This document shows, piece after piece, positions 1 to 12,278 of a stretch of DNA of 64,000 nucleotides. This stretch comes from Trichosphaerium sp. ATCC 40318. Taxonomy: Eukaryota; Protista; Tubulinea. The notes under the pieces are model-generated. The model was not told the origin of the DNA. It saw only the letters and a list, made by a program, of their open reading frames with translations, and made no database searches. The stretch lies in the NCBI GenBank assembly GCA_038496445.1, contig JALMLS010000447.1, positions 1 through 64,000 on the forward strand, in the 5' to 3' direction. Numbering within the stretch: the stretch's first letter is position 1; every line of letters begins with the position of its first letter. The position numbers were made by a program, and so were the translations under genes.

Positions 1-534
1 CAAGCCAAGGTACCCACACGTGATAAAAATTTTAAGAAAACAACGTTTTTCTTTTAAAGGAAAAAACGCCACCAGTAGGCCTGAAAATAAGCACGTGCTT
101 GGCCGATTTTTTCGATTATACCACCAAGCGTATTTGAACTGACAATTACCATTAGTGGTACCCAGAGCTAGTACACTACAGTCCTGGGAGGCCATTATCT
201 TGGTCGGCACAAAGTCGATTTGCGTTCAGACAGCGCCATTCAAGAAAAAATTGAAGGCTGTTGGACAGAGCCCAATCACTGTTGAACAAGGTAACGACCT
301 CGCTAAAAAAGTAAGCGCTGTTTCCTACATGGAATGCAGTGCTAAAACCCAAGAAGGTCTAAAAGAGGTACCACCTAAGAAAGAAAGAGAGAGCAAAAAA
401 AAATTCCTAAATTGTTCCTTTTTTTATTTTGTTTATCAGTTTGCTTAACAAGATGGTAGGTATTCGATGAGGCTGTAAAAGCTGTACTCTTTTCTAGCAA
501 CAAGAAGAAGAGAGGAAGGTGTACATTATTGTAG
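1..534 (+). CDS. 3' part of RacC-like GTPase, mirror copy in left arm with indel frameshifts
   Basis: Encodes ...[14 protein letters not shown] / [24 protein letters not shown]. Reverse complement of 16199-16733. Confidence 0.8.
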
Positions 535-1934
535 AGGGCTAATACTTTGAATTATAAGCGGACTACTGTATATCGTATGATCGTCTCTATGATGCGGGTG
601 TAATTTGAGTTAGAGGATTTTCCAAAAAAGAAAAAAAAAAGAAAAAAAAAGACAAAAAACCCCAGACGGCTTGTGGGCTTTGTTGACACTTAAAAAAAAC
701 ACTGTAACTTGTTAATCCCACACCAGTTTAAATTAATTATGTGTACACCTATTATTTGTCAAGTAATCTAGAAATATCATCGCCGTACGCGCTCCCCAGA
801 TTGACAGGAAAAATTGTATGATTTTTTGTCTCTGGAGTATTCAGACGGGACAGGACTTGATAAACTGCTATTCACTTTACTATAAGATATTTCACGTGAA
901 CGTTTCGAGGTACAACACGTGGTGACGCTTGCCTCAAGATACAATCTCCAATTTCATTGGGAGGTGCCTGTGGTGCAAGTATGCGAGCAGCGAACAAAGT
1001 GGAAGATCTATTAAGTGAGCGTTTATAAGCCTGTGCAGTTGGTGTTCTACTGAATTGCAGAAAAACTGAAGAGAAAACTACACAATTGAATTGGAGTTTT
1101 AGGCATTCTGCGCTTCTATTATTGCAATAATATGCGACGTAGTAACAATCTAAGACTTCCAAAAAAGAAAACAACAAGTTAAATTTAACTCAAAGTATAC
1201 CCAAAACAATACTTCATAGTATCCAACACACGACTCGTAAGTGGTGTTACGTAACGTATACGTTGTAGAACGAACCGCGTAGTTTCGTTTTTTGTTTTCA
1301 GATTATCTCTTTGTATCACCATCAAACAAACGCTTAATGTATATCACATGAACACTGTGTTGTGAACCCAATTAGAAAACTAAAGGTCACTTTTGTTGAT
1401 AAAAATGTTTAGTTTGCAACTTGCAAACACTTCATTTTACACTACCCTACAATACGTATACTTCTAAGTAATCTAAACACCTCAAACGAATAAACGAAAT
1501 AGCGCTAGTTGCGGAAATTCTGACTCAAACAAAGAAAAAAAGTCGCACAGTCACCGTAACTTGTAGTGCAACGATCATTGCTACCTTTCATGTCCAACAA
1601 GTGCTGTCTAAACTTGAAAAAGAAGTAAACTAGCGATATAAACTCCCTATACCAATAGAACAATCATAAAGGGAGTTGCAACCATACAATACGTTTTTCG
1701 TACGCAGTAGAAAACTCGCTTTTTTTTTCTTTTTTTGGTCAAATCCTCACACCAAAAATCCAAAACAACACACGTCTTGGATTTCCTATTTCACAAATGG
1801 TACGGGTGTATACATATCAGAGAAAATACCGCAGTTGCGGTATTGTTTTTTTTTTTTTTGTTGCTTTAAGCTTTAAATCTTTTCCCTCGCTTTCCTGGTA
1901 CACAAAACACAACCACAGTTCGGTTAGATACCCT

Positions 1935-4451
1935 ATGGTATCCCCACAACGCCCCAATTTTATCCGGAATACCTAGTTTTCGATTAACAGGAATTTGATA
2001 CGCAAAACATCACCCACTACTTGTTGTTTTTTTTTCTCGTATGTATGCTAACTAGACGCTTAGTCACTCACTAAAGCCATTTTACTGGCTCTATTCGCCG
2101 TAGTGGTTCTATCACAATCTATTGATTTGAGCCGTTGCCCTGAAGTAGATCTCGTGTTTTTATATGGTACGCACTCTTTAGTAACAACCCTGTGCAATTG
2201 CCTTTTTTTTTTTGCTGCAGTTTTCTTTCATCGCTTTTTGTTTAATTCTGCTAGATTTGTCTCAATCAATGGACGAAGAGGGCGGAAACGCTTGCGAAAG
2301 TATCGCTACTTTAACACAAGCACTAACAGAAGAAGGTATTGGTATTTCGTCAATTCAAAATTGGGCCATGGGTAAACCGGATGATTGGAAAACCAGTGAC
2401 CTTGTGGATCGTTTTGAGTGTGTTGCAACTAACCCAGACGGCCAGTACTTGACTGAAGAAACCGTCTACTTTCAGCCTGATCTACCGAACCAAGAGAGAG
2501 GGGAAGCCTACGACATATGCCAATGGCCTAACGATGAAAATCGTGGTAACGATGAGAATTGGGCTGCAGCAAGTAGTAATGCCGCTGTATACTATGAATG
2601 GACGCGTTGTTCTATGCGTGTAGTCATTCCTTTCGGTGATGAATCCGGCTGCCATGGTAGCGGAGGCTCCGATACTACTGAAGGTGTTTGGCCTTGCCCT
2701 TTTGCAGGTGGCTCAGAGGGTTGCTGCCGTGCGTTTTTTTTTTTGAATATTTGAAATCAGTTCTCTTCAATTAAGTAAACCTCCTTAACCTCCTTGCATA
2801 GTCACTGGTTCTGCGCAAGATACCAGTAGAGAGTATCTGGTAGGAAGACAAGCTGGTAATATTGCTTCAGAGATGGGGGTTACACTATTTCCAATTAGCG
2901 GTGACGTTCCTGGTACGTTTTCTAGCGAATGATTGTTTTATGTTAACATCCTTTTGTTTAGACGTACAAAATGGCTTTACAACAGCTTGCTTAGTAGATC
3001 AAATGACGGGAATGGTAAACAGAGCTCCATCTGGAAGCGCTTTCCTTGCAGATATTGCAGCTGACAAGGAAACGTTCGTGAATTCCATTAAGAACTCAAT
3101 TGAGTCATTGTGTCAACTTATTGCGAGCAATGAGGGTTCTGTTGATCCACAAACCGGACGTTATTGCTACAGTACTGGTGCTAGACCATCTACACTAACT
3201 GCTATATCTGCAAATAGTGTTATTAAAACGATAGACGGATCCCTAACAGGCGGTGAACCACCTTCTGGTTACTTAGCGCAAGCTGACTCTATGAACTATG
3301 CTGGATGGTCTGATTACCAATTCCCAGCTACCCACAATGGTACATATCGGTTTAAAACAACTTCTTGTTATTGTGGGGTTTTTACTAATTCTTACAAACA
3401 GACAATGATAAATTTTTCCGTATCGACTTTCAAATGGATACAAGCGAGTTGGGTTCCTTTAGACCAACTGATGACTTTCCTCCTGTATTTTGTGTATTAG
3501 GTGGTAAAACAAGTACGCAATCAGTACCCACACTAGATTGATTGTTTGGCTAACAACTTTGTTAAAAGTTAGCGCCTGGATGAACACAGAACGACTTGTA
3601 GAAAGTGACCAATTTTCTTCAGGCCGCTATTCCTCCACAACTGGCCTCAAATACAAAAAATGGACACAATGCTGGGAATGGCCAAAGGGCTTTGTACACA
3701 CAAGCGAAGGTCTTAATGCTGAGCGTGCATGGGGTGGTAGTTTCGTACTTGTTCACATTAGTGACATTGATACATCCGTTAACAACCAATTCGACATGAA
3801 ACTCGTCGTCCCTAGAGAAATTGGTGAACTTGTCGATCCAAATGCTCCACCAACGCTTCCTCCTACTAGGCGTACTACAAGTCCTCCTGTACCGCCAACA
3901 CCTGCACCTACTCGTGCTCCAAATACTCTTCCTCCTACTCGTGTTGCTCAACCTACAACTCCAGTAGCACCTACAGCACCAATAGTATTTACAGCCCCAC
4001 CTACAGCAACACAATCCCCAATCTTTAATCCAACTGGACCTCCAACAACAGAAGTACCAACGCCACCAGTAACCCAACTACTGCCGTACCAACTACTGTA
4101 ACCCCTACTATACCTACAACTGAGGCCCCAGTATCACCTACTGAGCGTGCTACTCTTCCTCCACTAGGAGTTGGACAAACATATTCTCCGTCTCAGATTG
4201 CTTCTACAGCTATACCTAGCGAGGGTGTTACTCTTCCTCCACTAGGAGTTGGACAAACGTATTCTCCAGCTCAGATTGCCTCTACAGCTACCCCAGGTGG
4301 TGATGGAAGCGGTCCTTCTGCACCAGTTGCTCCTGATGCTATTAGGACTACGTCTCCTAACGGTAACAGCGGATTTATTGGCAGTTTCTCTTCCCGTGTA
4401 GTCGTTTCATTGGCAGTAATCTGTTTGGCTTTTATCGCTGCATTGCTTTAA
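1935..4451 (+). CDS. Mirror copy of the VWA-domain Pro/Thr-rich surface protein (frameshift near 4075)
   Basis: Reverse complement of 12279-14796. ORF 3538..4101 is truncated relative to 12279..13193. Confidence 0.75.
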
Positions 4452-4894
4452 AAAGCATGAAACACGGCATTTCCATTCAAACAACGAGAGAACTGGAAAA
4501 CTTATCTTATTTTCACACAAAACAAAAAAAAAGAAAAAAGAATCACCAGATCAAAAGTGAAATGTATCAACAACCTTTTAAATAAATTCTATTTACAACA
4601 ATTTGTCAATCTTATTCCTTCAACCAACAATTTGAAATAATGCAGCATGAATTACACGCTACACGCCTACGTGCTCTGTATTTTTCTCGTGGAATAAAGT
4701 TATCTTTCCGGTGGCGACCGGGAGTACAAGACAGTTCCATTCAGGTATTTAAAAAGCCTTCTTTGGTTGTAATAATAACTAAGACAATGTTTATTGCATG
4801 AATGGCTTGAGTTTACATCTTTTTTAGTTTGCCGAATAGAAATATTTATTTAAACGGTGAGGTTTAAGGAGGGGTTTGGGGTTCCTAGCCTACC

Positions 4895-6555
4895 TTATAA
4901 GTCTAGGAGGAGTGTTCTTGGGTCCTCTACGCCTTCTTTGATCTTTCTCAAAAAGAGGACAGCATCACGACCGTCAATGAGACGATGATCGTAAGTAAGA
5001 GCCAAGTACATCATAGGACGGATAACGATTTCGCCGTTTACTACAACTGGTTGCTCCTGTATACCATGCATACCTAGAATAGCGGATTGCGGTGGGTTAA
5101 TGATAGGTGTGCCCATCATAGATCCGTATACGCCTAATTAATAGCTTAGATCTATTATCAATACAAAAGAAGACTGTCAAGTTGTTTTTAAAGGGATTTG
5201 CGTACCGCCGTTTGAGATTGTAAAAGTGCCTCCTTGCATCTCTTCTACGCTAATCTTGTTTTCTTTGCCCTTTTTGCCTAGTTCACCAATAGTCTTTTCA
5301 ACGTCGGCAAAGGACATATTCTCTACTTGTCGTAGCACAGGTACAAGAAGACCGCGTGGTGTAGCAACAGCAATGCTGATATCAACTGAATCCTTGTGAA
5401 CAATATCATTGCCATCAATATGAGCGTTAACGATTGGAAATTGTTGCAAGGCGTTGCAAGAAGCCTAAAAAAAAACCAACGCGTAAATAACAACATGAAT
5501 GATGATTCCAGGGTACCTTAACAAAAGCGGACATGAAGCCCAACTTAACACCATGCTTCTTCAAAAATGCGTCTTTGTGTGTGGTACGCATGTCAATCAA
5601 GTTACCCAAGTTTGCGTGTTGGAACGTTGTGAGTAATGCAGCAGTGTTTTGTGAAGCCTTCAATCTCTCTGCGGTACGTACACGAATAGGTCTCATTCTT
5701 TCCTATTTTTCGAAAAAAAAAGTCAGAACTCTCTACGAGATCATCTGGAGGCACTCAAACAGTTGCCTAGGAAAGGATACGTACACGACGTTCGCCTGAT
5801 CCTGCTGGTTTATCTACTTTAGGTGCTGTAGGAGGTGGAGTTGGTGCTGATTTTGGTTGTTCGGGTTTTTTGGCTTCTTCCTTCTTTGGTGCTTCCGTTT
5901 GGGCCTTGGCTGGTTCTGCAGACTTTGCTGGCTCGGCAGGCTTGGCAGCAGCGGCACCTTCGGTGAGCACAGCGATCTTTTGATCTACTTGTACTGTGTC
6001 TGATTCTTCGACCAATAGGTCGGTGATGGTACCAGCAGTAGGTGCTCTAATGTCTACTTCAACTTTATCCGTTTCGATTTGTCCAATCGTCTCGTCGACG
6101 TCTACTGAGTCTCCTTTTGCTTTGACCCAAGTGTGTAATACACCCTCTGTAATAGAATCACCCATTGGTGGGACTTTGATGTCAATTACATCTAATAACG
6201 CGTCAGAAGGAGATAATGTAATCTTGAGGTTATTTCGGAGACTGTGTCAGCGAAAACGCCATTGGTGCGAATAGAAAGACCGTGGTGAGTACCTCCAGTC
6301 GCATACCACCTAGTTGCGTTCGTAGACGCAGCTAGCGGTGTTTTAATCTCGTTTACGCTGTTTTTTTGCCATAGCGAATAGTTTGCTGATAGTACTTTAG
6401 GTTGGCTTGTAGTACGTATTGTTGTACGAGTATTGTGCTGTACAACACGCTAAACAACACAGTTAAATAATTTAAACGTGAAAAAACGGCTTCACTAATT
6501 TCATTACCTGACTGTACGTTGATGAAAACTTTGTGGCAGTGCGTAGTAAAGCCAT
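4895..6555 (-). CDS. DLST: Mirror copy of dihydrolipoamide succinyltransferase (OGDH E2)
   Basis: Reverse complement of 10173-11835. Confidence 0.85.
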
Positions 6556-6635
6556 TGATACCTATTTGTATTGGTAGAAACGACAGTAAGCGAGCACTTA
6601 TCGAGACTTAAGCATTTTATCAACAAAACCAAACA

Positions 6636-7935
6636 ATGTTGCGTGGAGTGGCTTCGTTACGGATTCAAGCAGTACGACAATACAAATTAAAACAAATTTA
6701 ACCGTATGGCCACATGTTAACCGTATTAGCGTGTTGCGACTCGCCCATACACTACTAGCACGCGTGGTGTACAACGTGTGAGCGTTAAAACAGGAAACAA
6801 TACACTTCGCAAGAATCTGGCTCAAACAGACTTTAACTCCAGTCCTTGGCAACGAGTGAGGACCTACCATACGACTAACTTCGCTTTGAAGAAAGGTGGT
6901 GGCAAAGGAGGAAAGGGAAACAAAAAAAAAGGTGGTGGAGGCGGTGGACAAAGTGACGCAGAGCCTACAGGTGGTAATGAAGCTGAAGGTGCAAAATAAG
7001 AGACAAATAACCGTATTTTGAAAAATGACATTCCTCCTAGAGTTTGACTTTAAAGCGTTCTCTAAAGCAACAGCAGAAGTAATAAGTGAATGTGAGGAGG
7101 AACTTCGCGGTCTGGTACGTTTTCTGACACCTAGAAAAAAGCTGTTTTCTCAATTTTGTTTTGGCAAGTTTGGGTTTCAGTTGGACTTACAGCATATTTT
7201 AGACCCTAGGTAGGGCTGATCCAAAGACTGTTCGTAATATAGAGTGCGAATCAGGTACTATAGCCTCTTTGGGACAAGTTTCTGTTAGAGACAGAAATAC
7301 AATGCTTGTATCTCTCTATGACCCTGATATGGTCAGTGAAGTTGTTGAAGGTTGTCGTGATGCTGATATGGGACTTAAAGTCAGTATTCAAGGTGGTACT
7401 GTCTCAGTTTCTTTCCCAAAGTACGTTTTATTTTAAGTTTCAAAAAAAAGGCATGTTTTTCACGTGTTTTTTTGTCTGTTTTGTACTTGTATTATCTGTG
7501 GTTTCTGTGTTTTTTAAAACCTGTGCATAATGAGCTATTAGACCAACAAACGAAGTACCAAAAACTGATAAAGAAGGCAATTAAATCAAGAAGAAGTATG
7601 GATTTTAATTTTGATTGGATACAAACCGTTAACTCATTATGCTCTTCTGAGAAAAAAGATAATATAAGTCAAGTTTTAAGAACAAACTTAACATGCACAT
7701 TGTAGCCAAACACGTTAAAAAAACAACAAAATTCTACAGGAAGAAAAAAGTGTATGTATGGTCAAAATGTAAGGAAGCAAAACGTCATTTGGCTCATTTT
7801 CAGTCATCCTGGAGACAAACTTTATAATACTCTTAAAAACTTTGCTTTACATGATCAAAATAATGTTACTAGTCGTAGTGTAAAATTGATAAGATATATG
7901 GAAAAAGTGAAAGAAATGAACACAGTCGTGACAGT
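6636..7935 (+). pseudogene. Mirror copy of mitochondrial ribosome recycling factor, 3' exons degraded
   Basis: Matches the right-arm copy up to ~7560, then becomes a heavily substituted/indel version of 8800-9170. Confidence 0.65.
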
Positions 7936-8157
7936 GAATGAAATACGTGAAATGAAAATTGATACAATAATGAAAGAAAGTGAGCTACATATGAATTCTT
8001 GAAAGTAAAATCAGGAATAATAACACGTGACAAGATATGTTTTTAGAATTGGAATGTAAGAGAGCCTACAACCTTGAAGAATGATAAGATATTTAAACAC
8101 TAATCATAAAAACAGATTTGACAAAAGATTTACTTTGCTTGATTACATAAAATCCTG

Positions 8158-8205
8158 TCCCGATTTCAAAAAAAATATGTACGTATTTCTTTTTTGAAAT
8201 CGGGA
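8158..8205. repeat. Short near-perfect palindrome, candidate fold-back apex
   Basis: tcccgatttcaaaaaa (8158-8173) pairs with ttttttgaaatcggga (8190-8205) around ...tatgt|acgta... Confidence 0.85.
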
Positions 8206-8801
8206 TCCTGTTTTATGTATTTTGCACGTATCTTGTACAATTGTTTTTTTGTGAGACTAGGTTGTTTAAAATCTTGCGCGTTCTTCAACTTGTGGCTTAA
8301 CATTGTTTAGTGTTTTTCGACTAAAACAGCTTTCATTGACTTTCACCAGTCTGGTGTTCACCATAACCGCATGAGTTCTTAACAATCAAATTCTTGCTTT
8401 CAATTCTGGGTAATCCTTTTGACTTTAAGACTGGACATTATTAACCCACACTACTTAATAAGCAAAACACACCACCCCTAGCATATAATAGGCTAGACTT
8501 AAATTTCACTTCACAAGATATGTTCTTAATAGATGATACTGAAAAAAGAGTGATACAAATTTCTTTTTTGATGGTACAACATGTTTTAGTAAAAAAGTAA
8601 ATGTTTTGCTCAAATCTGTTTTATGATTAGGTTGTTTAAATATCTTGCGCGTTCTTCAATACTTGTAGGCTCTCTTACTTCCAACTTCTGAAAAACATAT
8701 CTTGTCACGTGTTTTATTTGTGATTTTACTTACTCAAGAATTAAAATATGTAGCCACTTTCTTTTGAGATTGTTGTATGAATTTTGATTTGACGTATTTG
8801 A

Positions 8802-10092
8802 TTATGTCTGTTGTGTTTCGATTTCTTTCACTTTTTCCTTTATCATCTTATCAATTTTAGCATTCGACTCAGTAACATTATTTTGAATCTAGGGTAAAGC
8901 AAAGTGAGTAAGAGCTATTGGAAAGTTTGAAAAAAAAATAGTGAGAAATGGCACAAAGTGGTTTGCTCTTACCCTTGATTTGCTACGACGTATCGCGTCT
9001 TCTGGAACTCCTTCCAATTCGGATAAAAGGTCCATATGCTCATGACGTACTTCTCTTATACTATCTTTATACTAGAAGAGCATAATGAGTTAGACGGTAC
9101 TGTATCCAAACAAAAAAAAAATCCATACTTCTTGTTGAGTTTCCTTTGCCTTCTTTATCAGTTTTTGTCGTACTTCGTTTGTTGGTCTAATAGCTCATTA
9201 TGCACAGGTTTTAAAAAACACAGAAACCACAGATAATACAAGTACAAAACAGACAAAAAAACACGTGAAAAACATGCCTTTTTTTTGAAACTTAAAATAA
9301 AACGTACTTTGGGAAAGAAACTGAGACAGTACCACCTTGAATACTGACTTTAAGTCCCATATCAGCATCACGACAACCTTCAACAACTTCACTGACCATA
9401 TCAGGGTCATAGAGAGATACAAGCATTGTATTTCTGTCTCTAACAGAAACTTGTCCCAAAGAGGCTATAGTACCTGATTCGCACTCTATATTACGAACAG
9501 TCTTTGGATCAGCCCTACCTAGGGTCTAAAATATGCTGTAAGTCCAACTGAAACCCAAACTTGCCAAAACAAAATTGAGAAAACAGCTTTTTTCTAGGTG
9601 TCAGAAAACGTACCAGACCGCGAAGTTCCTCCTCACATTCACTTATTACTTCTGCTGTTGCTTTAGAGAACGCTTTAAAGTCAAACTCTAGGAGGAATGT
9701 CATTTTTCAAAATACGGTTATTTGTCTCTTATTTTGCACCTTCAGCTTCATTACCACCTGTAGGCTCTGCGTCACTTTGTCCACCGCCTCCACCACCTTT
9801 TTTTTTGTTTCCCTTTCCTCCTTTGCCACCACCTTTCTTCAAAGCGAAGTTAGTCGTATGGTAGGTCCTCACTCGTTGCCAAGGACTGGAGTTAAAGTCT
9901 GTTTGAGCCAGATTCTTGCGAAGTGTATTGTTTCCTGTTTTAACGCTCACACGTTGTACACCACGCGTGCTAGTAGTGTATGGGCGAGTCGCAACACGCT
10001 AATACGGTTAACATGTGGCCATACGGTTAAATTTGTTTTAATTTGTATTGTCGTACTGCTTGAATCCGTAACGAAGCCACTCCACGCAACAT
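8802..10092 (-). CDS. MRRF: Mitochondrial ribosome recycling factor (multi-exon)
   Basis: Arg/Ser/Thr-rich presequence MLRGVASLRIQA-RVATRPYTT, then ...EEELRGL-GRADPKTVRNIE...IASLGQVSVRDRNTMLVSLYD...VSVSFP-PTNEVRQKLIKKAKE...IDKMIKEKVKEIETQQT*. This is the RRF pattern. Confidence 0.85.
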
Positions 10093-10172
10093 TGTTTGGT
10101 TTTGTTGATAAAATGCTTAAGTCTCGATAAGTGCTCGCTTACTGTCGTTTCTACCAATACAAATAGGTATCA

Positions 10173-11835
10173 ATGGCTTTACTACGCACTGCCACAAAGT
10201 TTTCATCAACGTACAGTCAGGTAATGAAATTAGTGAAGCCGTTTTTTCACGTTTAAATTATTTAACTGTGTTGTTTAGCGTGTTGTACAGCACAATACTC
10301 GTACAACAATACGTACTACAAGCCAACCTAAAGTACTATCAGCAAACTATTCGCTATGGCAAAAAAACAGCGTAAACGAGATTAAAACACCGCTAGCTGC
10401 GTCTACGAACGCAACTAGGTGGTATGCGACTGGAGGTACTCACCACGGTCTTTCTATTCGCACCAATGGCGTTTTCGCTGACACAGTCTCCGAAATAACC
10501 TCAAGATTACATTATCTCCTTCTGACGCGTTATTAGATGTAATTGACATCAAAGTCCCACCAATGGGTGATTCTATTACAGAGGGTGTATTACACACTTG
10601 GGTCAAAGCAAAAGGAGACTCAGTAGACGTCGACGAGACGATTGGACAAATCGAAACGGATAAAGTTGAAGTAGACATTAGAGCACCTACTGCTGGTACC
10701 ATCACCGACCTATTGGTCGAAGAATCAGACACAGTACAAGTAGATCAAAAGATCGCTGTGCTCACCGAAGGTGCCGCTGCTGCCAAGCCTGCCGAGCCAG
10801 CAAAGTCTGCAGAACCAGCCAAGGCCCAAACGGAAGCACCAAAGAAGGAAGAAGCCAAAAAACCCGAACAACCAAAATCAGCACCAACTCCACCTCCTAC
10901 AGCACCTAAAGTAGATAAACCAGCAGGATCAGGCGAACGTCGTGTACGTATCCTTTCCCTAGGCAACTGTTTGAGTGCCTCCAGATGATCTCGTAGAGAG
11001 TTCTGACTTTTTTTTTCGAAAAATAGGAAAGAATGAGACCTATTCGTGTACGTACCGCAGAGAGATTGAAGGCTTCACAAAACACTGCTGCATTACTCAC
11101 AACGTTCCAACACGCAAACTTGGGTAACTTGATTGACATGCGTACCACACACAAAGACGCATTTTTGAAGAAGCATGGTGTTAAGTTGGGCTTCATGTCC
11201 GCTTTTGTTAAGGTACCCTGGAATCATCATTCATGTTGTTATTTACGCGTTGGTTTTTTTTTAGGCTTCTTGCAACGCCTTGCAACAATTTCCAATCGTT
11301 AACGCTCATATTGATGGCAATGATATTGTTCACAAGGATTCAGTTGATATCAGCATTGCTGTTGCTACACCACGCGGTCTTCTTGTACCTGTGCTACGAC
11401 AAGTAGAGAATATGTCCTTTGCCGACGTTGAAAAGACTATTGGTGAACTAGGCAAAAAGGGCAAAGAAAACAAGATTAGCGTAGAAGAGATGCAAGGAGG
11501 CACTTTTACAATCTCAAACGGCGGTACGCAAATCCCTTTAAAAACAACTTCGACAGTCTTCTTTTGTATTGATAATAGATCTAAGCTATTAATTAGGCGT
11601 ATACGGATCTATGATGGGCACACCTATCATTAACCCACCGCAATCCGCTATTCTAGGTATGCATGGTATACAGGAGCAACCAGTTGTAGTAAACGGCGAA
11701 ATCGTTATCCGTCCTATGATGTACTTGGCTCTTACTTACGATCATCGTCTCATTGACGGTCGTGATGCTGTCCTCTTTTTGAGAAAGATCAAAGAAGGCG
11801 TAGAGGACCCAAGAACACTCCTCCTAGACTTATAA
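10173..11835 (+). CDS. DLST: Dihydrolipoamide succinyltransferase, 2-oxoglutarate dehydrogenase E2, mitochondrial
   Basis: Presequence [10 protein letters not shown], lipoyl domain (MGDSITEG...IETDKV), catalytic domain [42 protein letters not shown] introns. Confidence 0.96.
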
Positions 11836-12278
11836 GGTAGGCTAGGAACCCCAAACCCCTCCTTAAACCTCACCGTTTAAATAAATATTTCTATTCGGCA
11901 AACTAAAAAAGATGTAAACTCAAGCCATTCATGCAATAAACATTGTCTTAGTTATTATTACAACCAAAGAAGGCTTTTTAAATACCTGAATGGAACTGTC
12001 TTGTACTCCCGGTCGCCACCGGAAAGATAACTTTATTCCACGAGAAAAATACAGAGCACGTAGGCGTGTAGCGTGTAATTCATGCTGCATTATTTCAAAT
12101 TGTTGGTTGAAGGAATAAGATTGACAAATTGTTGTAAATAGAATTTATTTAAAAGGTTGTTGATACATTTCACTTTTGATCTGGTGATTCTTTTTTCTTT
12201 TTTTTTGTTTTGTGTGAAAATAAGATAAGTTTTCCAGTTCTCTCGTTGTTTGAATGGAAATGCCGTGTTTCATGCTTT

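Noticed and set aside
1-7560. Left-arm frameshifted genes as genuine pseudogenes
   Set aside because: Differences are almost all single-base indels, often in homopolymers, typical of consensus error.
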